NCBI GenBank assembly: GCA_965222075.1 | Contig: OZ244937.1 | Location: 4,192,001 to 4,256,000 of the forward strand | Reading direction: 5' to 3' | Length of the DNA stretch: 64,000 bases | Source of the DNA: Candidatus Latescibacterota bacterium | GTDB taxonomy: Bacteria > Latescibacterota > UBA2968 > GCA-2709665 | Shown here: in pieces, positions 55,872-64,000 of the stretch | Layout of the letters: every line of letters begins with the position of its first letter | Position numbering within the stretch: position 1 is the stretch's first letter | The notes under the pieces: generated by a model | The model's database searches: none | Seen by the model: only the letters and a program-made list of their open reading frames with translations | Told to the model about the DNA's origin: nothing | Position numbers and translations under genes: made by a program

Positions 55872-56620
55872 AGGCAATTATTATTGGCGCGGGGCGGGGT
55901 GAGCGGCTGATGCCGCACACTGCGAACGCCCCGAAGTGTTTTGCAAAGGTGAAGGGACGGCGGATTCTGGACTGGGGGATCGAGGCGCTCCGGACAGGGG
56001 GGCTGATGGATGTCGTTTTTGTCGGGGGATACCGCATCGAGCAGATCCAGGCGGAATATCCGGAGTTTACGTTCTGTCACAATGCGGACTGGCAGAACAA
56101 CAACACCCTCGTCTCACTGATGCACGCTGAATTCCACATGGACGACGGATTTGTGTGCGCCTATTCGGATATCCTCTACCGTCCGGACATCCCCCATCGG
56201 CTGATGCAGAGCGCTCACGATATGACCCTGGTCTGCGATACGGCGTGGCGAACGCGCTACCAGAAGCGGACGGAGCACCCTGAGACGGACGCGGAGAAAG
56301 TTGCCGTGGAAGGGGGGCGCGTGGTTGCGATCAATCGGACGATGCCAAGTGAGGCGGCCCGGGATGAATACATCGGGGTTGCCCGGTTTACGCGGGAGGG
56401 GGCACGGATACTGCGGGATGCGTACCACCGAGCAAAGGCGAAGTACGATGGGCGCCCTTTCCAGGACGCCCCGGCGTTCCAGAAAGCATACCTGATCAAT
56501 CTGTTCCAGGAGATGATCGAGGAGGGGATACCGATGCACCCGATGGAAACCGAGGGGGGGTATATGGAGATCGATACGAACCAGGACTTTCAGGTTGCGC
56601 GAGAGGAGTGGTCGGTATGA
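55868..56620 (+). CDS. Nucleotidyltransferase, phosphocholine/phosphonate cytidylyltransferase (LicC-like) family
   Basis: KAIIIGAGRGERL, PKC, GY, NN..SL, YSD, EYIG, EIDT..D. The TTG start overlaps the upstream stop. Confidence 0.82.
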   Translation: MKAIIIGAGRGERLMPHTANAPKCFAKVKGRRILDWGIEALRTGGLMDVVFVGGYRIEQIQAEYPEFTFCHNADWQNNNTLVSLMHAEFHMDDGFVCAYSDILYRPDIPHRLMQSAHDMTLVCDTAWRTRYQKRTEHPETDAEKVAVEGGRVVAINRTMPSEAARDEYIGVARFTREGARILRDAYHRAKAKYDGRPFQDAPAFQKAYLINLFQEMIEEGIPMHPMETEGGYMEIDTNQDFQVAREEWSV

Positions 56621-57678
56621 GCAACAAGAGGCCTCTTTTTCCTGCGGGTGTGGTGGGAAGTATGCCCAGGCCACAGTTCGTGCGCGATCTGCTCGATCCC
56701 GAAAAGGAGGCGTCCGATCCGGAAGCGTTTGCGAAGCGGATGGACGCGGCGGTGGATTATATCGTGGCGTTGCAGGAGGCCGCCGGCTTGGATATTGTTT
56801 CGGACGGGGAGTACCGCCGCCGGTCTTATATCGGGATTATTGCGGATGTGGCGGACGGCTTCCTGCGTGAGCGGAAGGACGGGCTGTGGTGGCATACGGT
56901 GGTGGAGCCGATGCGGGTGGCTCGTCCGGGACTAGCCGCTGAGGAGGCGTGCTACCTGAAGGCGCGTACGGACCGGCAGATCAAGGTCTGCCTGCCTTCG
57001 GCCTACCTGCTGGGGCAGCGAATGTGGGACCCGGACCGGTCGCGGGAGGCGTATCCCACGCGCGAGGCATTTATGGAGGCGGTGGTTCCGATTTTGCGGG
57101 GAGAACTGGAGCTTTTGAGAGAGGCGGGCGCAGATATCGTGCAGTTCGACGATCCCCACCTCTGTCTGTTCGTGGATGAGGGGGTGCGCACCCAGTTTAA
57201 GAATCCGGATGGAGAGGTGGACCTGTGCGTGGACCTGTTCAACCAGATTGTGGACGGCATTGACGGGATCACCCGGGCGATTCACCTGTGCCGGCGGAAC
57301 AAGGGGCGCGCCGGGTGGGTGGGGGAGGGAGGCTACGAGCCGATTCTGCCGGCGCTCAAGCGGCTGCGCATGGATCAGTACGTGATGGAGTTTACGATTC
57401 CGGTATCGGGCGACCTGTCGGTGCTGAGGCAGCTGCCGGGCGACCGGCAGGTGGGTCTGGGGTGTGTGGACTGCCGGGGAGAGGTGGTCGATTCGGTGAA
57501 GGAGATTGTGGGGCGGGTGGAAGAGGCGCTGCAGTATCTGCGACCGGAGCAGGTTCTGCTAAACCCGGACTGTGGATTTGCGCCAGGGAATGCCGCGGAT
57601 ATTCCGATCGACGAGGCGTATGAGAAGCTGTGTAACGAGGCAGAGGCGGCTCAGATGTTGCGGGAGAAGTACGGGTAG
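56617..57678 (+). CDS. Second single-domain MetE-like (methionine synthase II family) zinc enzyme
   Basis: VVGSMPRP, SDGEYRR, QFDDP, HLCRRN, MEF, NPDCGF. ATGA overlap with the upstream gene. Confidence 0.87.
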   Translation: MSNKRPLFPAGVVGSMPRPQFVRDLLDPEKEASDPEAFAKRMDAAVDYIVALQEAAGLDIVSDGEYRRRSYIGIIADVADGFLRERKDGLWWHTVVEPMRVARPGLAAEEACYLKARTDRQIKVCLPSAYLLGQRMWDPDRSREAYPTREAFMEAVVPILRGELELLREAGADIVQFDDPHLCLFVDEGVRTQFKNPDGEVDLCVDLFNQIVDGIDGITRAIHLCRRNKGRAGWVGEGGYEPILPALKRLRMDQYVMEFTIPVSGDLSVLRQLPGDRQVGLGCVDCRGEVVDSVKEIVGRVEEALQYLRPEQVLLNPDCGFAPGNAADIPIDEAYEKLCNEAEAAQMLREKYG

Positions 57679-57717
57679 GATAGACCATAAGATCAACAAA
57701 TAAGGATTAAGCTATAG

Positions 57718-58693
57718 ATGGAGCCCGTTTATACTGATCCCTCAGAAATTATTACTACTTGGCAGGAGACCGCTCAAGGCTTTCTTCAGCAGGCCACAAG
57801 GCAATTTGAACTGGCGTTACCCTTTGTTGAGGGAATAATTGAAGCGAAAAGAAAATTTGGAAGAGGCAGGGGAAGAATTGGAAAGCCTGTTAGATGCAGC
57901 AGAAAGTGATGATGAACTTTTTGAAATTCTCATAGCTGCTTCTGGATTTTCCGAAAAGGCCAAGAGTGCTATTGGCACTGATGAAACAAAGCAACTGTTG
58001 CGACAGCATATTATTGGAAGAAAGGGGGACCTGAGTAAAGAGGACTTAATAGAGACTATTTTGTACAGGTATGCTCTTACTTGCGGAGATCAACTCGGTG
58101 GCGTGAAACGCAATGATACCGGAAGGCAGGCTGAGATAAAACTCGGAGAATATCTCCTCAAGAAGATGCAAACGAAGTACAAAAGCGTGGGAGTAAGATA
58201 CTTGCAAAGGAGAAGGAATACGTTTGGAAATCTATCAGGCACAGATATACCCATTCTTCTTGAAAATGGACTGAGCGCAATACAATGGCCTCAAAGAGTT
58301 TTAGCCTTCAATATGAAATGTCCTTTTATAGGCACGAGAGGGAACAATATTGATATAATTCTCCTGGAGACTTCTGAGCAACTCTATACAAGAGGCCAGC
58401 TTGTAGGGTTGCTCAAAAGGAGAGAAAACTACATACTATGTGGCGAACTTAAAGGGGGTATTGATCCTGCCGGAGCAGATGAGCACTGGAAGACAGCAAG
58501 CAGGGCTTTAGATCGAATTGAAGAGAGCTTCCCGGACGACACTCCGAAACTGGTATTCGTAGGTGCTGCAATAGAGGCTACAATGGCTCATGAGATCATT
58601 GAGCGTTTAGAAAAAGGCAGATTAGCCGGGGTAGCCAATCTTTGTAAGCCAGAACAGATGGAAAGATTGGTGGATTGGTTAGTGGAACTCTAA
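57718..58693 (+). pseudogene. AvaI/BsoBI family type II restriction endonuclease, interrupted by a +1 frameshift
   Basis: The N-terminus (TDPSEIITT...GF...ALPFVE) is in the 57718 frame. The rest (ASGFSEKAK, YRYALTCGDQLGGVKRN, DII, GELKGGIDPAGADEHWKTA, FVGAAIE..MA.EI) is in the 57839 frame. Deleting one base in AAAATTT (57852-57858) fuses them. Confidence 0.82.
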
Positions 58694-60189
58694 GTTTTTT
58701 CCCATACATAAACGCATTTTCTTAATTCCGCTCGTCCATATTTTCCCATCTGTTGGCTGCTGTTGCCTTTACCTGTTCCTAAAATCCAGATATTCCTGGT
58801 AGATAAACCGGCAGCTTCAGCGAAATCTGAGAGGATTAAATCAACCGGAACCTCCTCACCAGAGTATCTGACATTGTCGTTAACCATTACGATTTTTCCG
58901 CCTACTCTTAATACTCTGCTCATCTCAAATATCACCAGGGCCATCTCAAGAAAATAGTTCGCAACCATCCTGGGGATATTTGAGTTATTTAGCATGCCTT
59001 CTTTATTATAGACATTCAGCCAGTAAAGCACTTCTTGAAGAGCACTGTGACTGTTAAAAGTCCCAATAGCTTTTTCAAGAAAATCCTCTTTTTGTATTTT
59101 TTCATATTGAGCTCTTAACGAATCAATTTTATCTCTATTTTCAACGGTGCACGATAACATCTGTTGTCGTAACCGCTTTACTTCATCGTTAGTTTTATGC
59201 AGGAATATTAACTCAAGAGCATAAGTACGTGTGTAATCATAACGATTACAATACGGTGGAGAAGTCAAAATAAAATCAAAACTGTGATCTTTATGTTTAC
59301 AAAGTTTCTCTAGGCAAGATCCCTGGACAAGCTTTATCTCCTTTTTCTTTTTAGACCTCTTACTCTCAAAGAGGTCCATCTCATCATGGGTAAGATCCTT
59401 TAACATTGTCTCAAGCTGAAGTTGAAGAGCTTCTTTAAAGGAATAAATCTTGCCTTTGTTAAATTTCGTCTTTACTCGATTCTTTCCTGCTCGATAATCC
59501 CAACGGAGATACTGACCGTCTTTCCGTGTGTAACTGATATTTTCCAGGATACAGAACGCAGCAAAACGGAGAATGGTTCTTATATAAGGATTATTTATTT
59601 CGTCACTACAATATGCCAAATAACCGTTTAATTGTTCCTCCGTATCTTGAGGAAATGCACCTTCAGTAATCCCTATATGTTTGATTAGAGGTTTTCTTGG
59701 CCTAATCGTGGAAAAATCAATGTCACAAATAGATTTCATTGCTTTTTGAAATTCCGCTGGAAATTCCGCTGGATCTATTTTTTTTGTAGCCTGTCTTGCT
59801 TCGATTATAGCACACCCAACCGGCAGAAGCTCAATCCCCGTTGCTGCCCACCCAAGTTTCTGGGAAGCAAATAAAGCAGTTCCCGCTCCCGCAAATGGGT
59901 CTAGCAGTCTTCCTGGTTTCTTTGCTAATGTTTTGAGAATATAATGGACCATTTGGGCAGAAAAGCCTTCTTTGTATTTAAACCACCCATAGAAGGGGAT
60001 CGTTTTATTTGCTTGAAAGCTAACGAGGGTTCTTTTTAGTTGAGGATTGTGAGTGATCAGGCGCTCGTATTTCTTCTCCAGAAGGTCTCTGTGCTTTGTG
60101 TGTTTTTCACGGCTATTTTTCGTTTTGTTTTGGGTCTTTTGAAGGGCAAGAGCAGGTGGGTTTTGGACGATCAATTCAGGATTTGCCAT
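58690..60189 (-). CDS. Amino-methyltransferase (probably N4-cytosine) cognate to the AvaI/BsoBI-type endonuclease
   Basis: WFKYKEGFS, motif I LLDPFAGAGT before motif IV TSPPYCNRYDYTRTYALEL, KGNSSQQMG; AT-rich; convergent 4-bp overlap with the endonuclease. Confidence 0.9.
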   Translation of the reverse strand: MANPELIVQNPPALALQKTQNKTKNSREKHTKHRDLLEKKYERLITHNPQLKRTLVSFQANKTIPFYGWFKYKEGFSAQMVHYILKTLAKKPGRLLDPFAGAGTALFASQKLGWAATGIELLPVGCAIIEARQATKKIDPAEFPAEFQKAMKSICDIDFSTIRPRKPLIKHIGITEGAFPQDTEEQLNGYLAYCSDEINNPYIRTILRFAAFCILENISYTRKDGQYLRWDYRAGKNRVKTKFNKGKIYSFKEALQLQLETMLKDLTHDEMDLFESKRSKKKKEIKLVQGSCLEKLCKHKDHSFDFILTSPPYCNRYDYTRTYALELIFLHKTNDEVKRLRQQMLSCTVENRDKIDSLRAQYEKIQKEDFLEKAIGTFNSHSALQEVLYWLNVYNKEGMLNNSNIPRMVANYFLEMALVIFEMSRVLRVGGKIVMVNDNVRYSGEEVPVDLILSDFAEAAGLSTRNIWILGTGKGNSSQQMGKYGRAELRKCVYVWEKT

Positions 60190-60393
60190 ATCGAATTTTC
60201 TCCCCGTTATTCCTGACAAATTATGACAGGCTTATTTTTTATAATATACATATGTGCATCAATTAAGGCAAGGGAAATTTATGCAGCCATATTCAACGGG
60301 CAACGTTCGATTTAGAGACAAAAACAGTGGGGATGAAGGGGAGAATTTCAACCTGGAACTGGGTAGTGGCATGTGTATGGGGTGTAGCAGAAG

Positions 60394-61359
60394 TCAGGGA
60401 TTCTCCCGCAGGCGCAGGTAGTTCGCATAGCGCGCCGGGTCGATATTTCCCGCTTCGACGGCCTCCTTGACCGCACATCCCGGTTCGTGGATGTGCGAGC
60501 AGTCTCTGAACCGGCATTGGCCGATCAGATCCCGGAATTCTTTGAAGAGGGCCGGGACGTCTTTCGGTTCGATGTCCCAGAGGTAGAATTCACGGACGCC
60601 TGGGATGTCGCCCACCAATCCGCCGCCGGCGAGTTCGACAAGTTCCAGGTGGGTGGTGGTGTGCCGTCCCTCGCCGGTGGCCGGGCTGACCTCGGCGGTT
60701 CTGAGTTCGAGACCGGGCTGTAGCCAGTTGAGGAGGCTTGACTTTCCCACACCGGAGGGACCCATCAGGAGGGAGATACGATTTTGCAGCACGTCCTGGA
60801 ACGCCTCTTTGCCCATGTCGGCGGTCACGCTGGTATAGACGACGCGATATCCAATTCGTTCGTAGCCGGCCATGGCCTCACGGGCGGCAACCTCGTCTGT
60901 GAGGTCGATTTTGTTGAAGCAGATGACGGCAGGGACCTCCTCCCATTCGGCAATGGCCAGCATCCGGTCGAGGAGGTCCCACTCGGGAGGGGGGGCGGCT
61001 GCGGAGAAGATGGGGAGGGCCTGATCAACGTTGGCCGCCAGGATCTGCTCTTTCCGGGAACCGCCCGAGGCCCGGCGGGAGACCTTGTTGCGGCGAGGCA
61101 TCACTTCGCAGATCATGCCGGCTCCTCCCTCGCCCTCCTCAAAGCGCACCCGGTCTCCAATGGCAACGGGGTCCACCACCCGGACCCGGCGGACGGACTG
61201 TACGCGCCGTCGTCGGGAACCGGGACTGGCTTCGGGATACTGCAGCTGTTTCCGCAGTCGGGTGGAAAGGGCACAATCGGTGATGGTTGAGCCGGAGGCA
61301 ACGTAGTAATGGCCCAGATATTGTCGGATGACCGTGCCTTCCCCGATGGGGTTCTCCAT
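60394..61359 (-). CDS. rsgA: Ribosome small subunit-dependent GTPase A
   Basis: ANVD, NKID, GPSGVGKSSL, GRHTTT, DIPG, zinc finger CRFRDCSHIHEPGC. ATG at 61359 with a GAGGAAGG RBS. Confidence 0.95.
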   Translation of the reverse strand: MENPIGEGTVIRQYLGHYYVASGSTITDCALSTRLRKQLQYPEASPGSRRRRVQSVRRVRVVDPVAIGDRVRFEEGEGGAGMICEVMPRRNKVSRRASGGSRKEQILAANVDQALPIFSAAAPPPEWDLLDRMLAIAEWEEVPAVICFNKIDLTDEVAAREAMAGYERIGYRVVYTSVTADMGKEAFQDVLQNRISLLMGPSGVGKSSLLNWLQPGLELRTAEVSPATGEGRHTTTHLELVELAGGGLVGDIPGVREFYLWDIEPKDVPALFKEFRDLIGQCRFRDCSHIHEPGCAVKEAVEAGNIDPARYANYLRLRENP

Positions 61360-61372
61360 ACCTTCCTCAAAT

Positions 61373-61432
61373 GGCAAACGGCAAATAGCAAACGCGTTTC
61401 TTGTCAGGTTTTACGTCTGCCGTTTGCCGTTT
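61373..61432. repeat. Inverted repeat built from GGCAAAC heptamers
   Basis: GGCAAAC-GGCAAAT-AGCAAAC ... GTCTGCC-GTTTGCC-GTTT in the rfbA-rsgA spacer. Confidence 0.6.
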
Positions 61433-61445
61433 CAGGTGTTGATCC

Positions 61446-62525
61446 TCAGATGATATCCACCTTGCTGTCGTCCCCAAGCGTAAACCGGTACGCGGCCGGG
61501 CGGGCCTTGGCGCGGGTGACCTCGGCGTTGTGGCCGATGAGAGAGTCTGCAATCCGTTCGCCCAGGTCGAGGATGCGGCCGCCGTCTAAAACGATGGAGT
61601 GTTCGATTTCAGAGCCGACAATTTCCACCCCGCTGCCGATGGCCGTATAGGGTCCTACATAGGCGTCTTGCAGCCGACAGTTCTCGCCGATGACGACCGG
61701 CCCCCGGATGATGCAGTTGTCGACCCGGGTGCCCTTTGCGATTTGCACCCGTCCTGTGATCCTGGAGGAGGATTCGACCTGAACGCTCGGGGCGATTTCT
61801 TTTTTGTCCGGGAGTTCATCCAGGACGATCTGATTGGCCTCCAGCATGTCGTCTTTTTTGCCTGTGTCGAGCCACCAGTCGGTGAGGATGTTGGACCCGA
61901 CCTTCGATCCTGAGTCGAGGAGTTTCTGGATCGCGTCGGTAATTTCGTATTCTCCCCGGGCCGAGGGCTGGAGCTGGTCGATGGCGGCGTGCACTTTGGC
62001 GTTGAAGAGGTAGACGCCGACTAAGGCCAGGTTGGAGCGAGGGACCTCCGGTTTCTCTTCCAGGCGGATCACGCGGCCCTCTCCATCCAGTTCGGCGACC
62101 CCAAAGCTCCTGGGGTCTTCGACTTCCTTCAACTGGATCAGGGCGTCCAGGTCCTGTTCTCTATACTGTTTGGCCAGTTCCGACACCTCGTGCTTGATCA
62201 GGTTGTCTCCGAGGTACATCACAAAGGGATCATCTCTTAGAAAGTCACGGGAGGCCTTGACCGCGTGCGCCAACCCCAGCGGCTGGTCCTGGTAGATGTA
62301 GGTGATCTTTGCGTTCCAGCACGACCCATCGGCAACTTTCTGCTTGATCTCCTCGCCGGTCTCTCCGATGACGATGCCGATTTCCCGGACCCCGGCGCGG
62401 ACAATCGATTCGATGCCGTAAAAGACGATGGGTTTGTTTGCTACCGGCAGGAGTTGTTTGGCCTGGGTGTGGGTCATGGGCCTCAGCCTGCTTCCGATTC
62501 CACCACAGAGGATAAGGGCTTTCAT
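61446..62525 (-). CDS. rfbA: Glucose-1-phosphate thymidylyltransferase, long form
   Basis: MKALILCGGIGSRLRP.T...KQLLPVANKP, PLGLAHAV, YLGDN, EEKP, RGEYEITD, WWLDTG, C-terminal hexapeptide domain. Confidence 0.92.
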   Translation of the reverse strand: MKALILCGGIGSRLRPMTHTQAKQLLPVANKPIVFYGIESIVRAGVREIGIVIGETGEEIKQKVADGSCWNAKITYIYQDQPLGLAHAVKASRDFLRDDPFVMYLGDNLIKHEVSELAKQYREQDLDALIQLKEVEDPRSFGVAELDGEGRVIRLEEKPEVPRSNLALVGVYLFNAKVHAAIDQLQPSARGEYEITDAIQKLLDSGSKVGSNILTDWWLDTGKKDDMLEANQIVLDELPDKKEIAPSVQVESSSRITGRVQIAKGTRVDNCIIRGPVVIGENCRLQDAYVGPYTAIGSGVEIVGSEIEHSIVLDGGRILDLGERIADSLIGHNAEVTRAKARPAAYRFTLGDDSKVDII

Positions 62526-62601
62526 TTTCTGCATTCCCGGTCTGACACTGTGAAGCTGGGCCGACATAACTTGGTTATCCCTATCAGTTGATCGTGAAAC
62601 C

Positions 62602-62630
62602 AAAATAAAGGTCGGTAAATTCTTTGTCAA
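62602..62630 (-). promoter_or_regulatory. Sigma70 promoter for rfbA-rsgA
   Basis: Minus strand TTGACA-17 nt-TATTTT. Confidence 0.55.
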
Positions 62631-62906
62631 GCATTTTCAGGTGAAAGGAGCGACGGATGGTTTGACGTAGCTTGCCGGTTTATTATCATTTATCAGTCAT
62701 TTTCACCCTCTGTTCGGGAGTCCGGGGAGTTCGGGTTTATGGAAGACCTCCAGTTGCTTTAGAAGCGGTGCCGAATTGTCTCCCCACTCTGTTTGCCGTT
62801 TGCCGTTATTCTTTGGTTGACATTTAGATTTCTTTTCTCCATATTTTTTTTAGGCTTGCATTTGCTCTTAGATTCATGATTCCATCTCCTCTGGTGGAGG
62901 CCTGCG

Positions 62907-63668
62907 ATGAACAAGGATCTTTCACCTATCCTCAACGACTGGAAGTTTGATCCGGGGGATATCTGCGCCCGGAAGATCATCGGCGTGGATGGCAGGGAAA
63001 AGCTCCAGGTCCGACTTGATCTGGGCGTGCTTCAGATGGAGTTGACCGGGCGTCCGGACAGCGCCCGTCCCAATGGCTACGAATCCGCCTTAGACGACTA
63101 TCTGGATCGCCTCGAGGACTATCGGGTTGCGCATGGGTCTGACGAGGGATTCTGCTTAGATGAAAAGGCGTGCGCCGAATTGTGGCAGGAGAGCGTATAC
63201 TATTACCACCGTTATATCTGCCTTCTGCGTTTGGAGGACTACGAGGGGGTCTTGCGGGACACGGCGCACAACCTGGCCCTTTTCGATCTGGTCAAGGCCT
63301 ATACCGACGATGAAGAGGCCAAGCTTTCTTTTGAACAGTACCGGCCCTATGTGATTATGGTCCATGCCCGGTCCAAGGGGGAGATTTGTCTGCAAAGCGA
63401 CGACTACGACGGCGCGCTGGAGGTGGTGCAGGAGGGGATTGAGGAGATCCGCTCCTTTTTTGAGGCGTTTGGCGATCCCGAGTTGATCGAGTCGAGCGAG
63501 GAACTTCAGGCCCTCGAGACTTGGGCCGAAGAGATCCGTCACAACCGTCCGTTGGGCCTCAAACAGCGGCTTTCTCAACAACTGAAGGAGGCTATTGCGG
63601 AGGAGAAGTACGAACTGGCCGCGCGGATTCGGGACCGCCTCCAGAGGCTCGAAGGCAGGAGTTTCTAA
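62907..63668 (+). CDS. Conserved hypothetical protein with a C-terminal UvrB/UvrC motif
   Basis: QVRLDLGVLQME..GRPD, YYHRY, RDT.HNL, QYRPYVIM; C-terminal LKEAIAEEKYELAARIRD (UVR motif); GGAGG RBS. Confidence 0.8.
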   Translation: MNKDLSPILNDWKFDPGDICARKIIGVDGREKLQVRLDLGVLQMELTGRPDSARPNGYESALDDYLDRLEDYRVAHGSDEGFCLDEKACAELWQESVYYYHRYICLLRLEDYEGVLRDTAHNLALFDLVKAYTDDEEAKLSFEQYRPYVIMVHARSKGEICLQSDDYDGALEVVQEGIEEIRSFFEAFGDPELIESSEELQALETWAEEIRHNRPLGLKQRLSQQLKEAIAEEKYELAARIRDRLQRLEGRSF

Positions 63669-63685
63669 GCTTTTCGGTGTCCCAC

Positions 63686-64000
63686 GTGGAGCCCAGAGAG
63701 AAGATTTCGGTGGCCCTTACCAACTGGAACGGGGCCGCCCACATCGCGCGCTGTCTGGACGCCCTTTTTGTTCAGACGCATCCGCCGGCCGAGGTGGTGG
63801 TGGTGGACAACGGCTCTACCGACGGTTCCCGGGAGTTGCTCCGGGAGCGGTATCCACAGGTGCGGCTGATTGAGCGGCCGGTGAATGAAGGGTTTTGCAG
63901 GGGCTATAATCTGGCGATTGGGCATACCCACTGCCCTTACGTCCTGATCCTGAACACGGACGTATTTCTGGATCGGAATTTTTTGTGTGAGGCACTTGGG
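63686..64000 (+). CDS. Glycosyltransferase family 2, truncated by the window end
   Basis: Translated by hand from the GTG at 63686: KISVALTNWNG...CLDAL...VVVVDNGSTDGS...NEGFCRGYN...YVLILNTD. Not in the ORF track because there is no stop codon inside the window. Confidence 0.88.
   Translation, partial: MEPREKISVALTNWNGAAHIARCLDALFVQTHPPAEVVVVDNGSTDGSRELLRERYPQVRLIERPVNEGFCRGYNLAIGHTHCPYVLILNTDVFLDRNFLCEALG

Noticed and set aside
57852-57859. Programmed -1 frameshift at A_AAT_TTG
   Set aside because: Joining the endonuclease halves needs a +1 shift, and the heptamer is phased in the downstream frame.
57679-60393. Mobile-element boundaries around the restriction-modification island
   Set aside because: No integrase, transposase, tRNA or target-site duplication was visible; only composition marks the island.

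Overview
Bacterial chromosome segment, mostly GC-rich and densely coding, with about 49 CDS. I saw no rRNA, tRNA, CRISPR array, integrase or transposase. The gene repertoire (a sulfatase, many PQQ-like propellers, an NHL/FG-GAP surface protein with a dockerin/EF-hand tail) suggests a Latescibacterota-like or PVC-adjacent organism, but that is inference. Housekeeping genes: polA, nagA, recD2, tsaC, thrB, hemW, lepB, lepA, rsgA, rfbA. The main discovery candidate is a tightly packed 15-gene, ~20 kb minus-strand operon (4260-24489). It combines an EhpF/GriC-type adenylating enzyme, an EhpG/GriD-type reductase and an Fe-alcohol dehydrogenase with a HemN-like radical SAM enzyme, a PaaK-like CoA ligase, a flavin-dependent halogenase-like enzyme, a CxxC-bearing GT4, a hotdog thioesterase, a LolCDE/MacB-type ABC transporter and four secreted PQQ-like beta-propellers. 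It has no scaffold-forming enzyme, carrier protein or precursor peptide. Items the ORF track misses: a CxxU selenoprotein gene with an in-frame UGA and a SECIS-like hairpin (54285-54518), a frameshifted AvaI/BsoBI-type restriction endonuclease beside an intact methyltransferase, an M32 carboxypeptidase remnant, a GT2 gene running off the window end, REP-like palindromes, heptamer repeats and an apparent window-wide CTAG-to-TTAG/CTAA signature. All family assignments come from motif recognition by eye; no database search was run.
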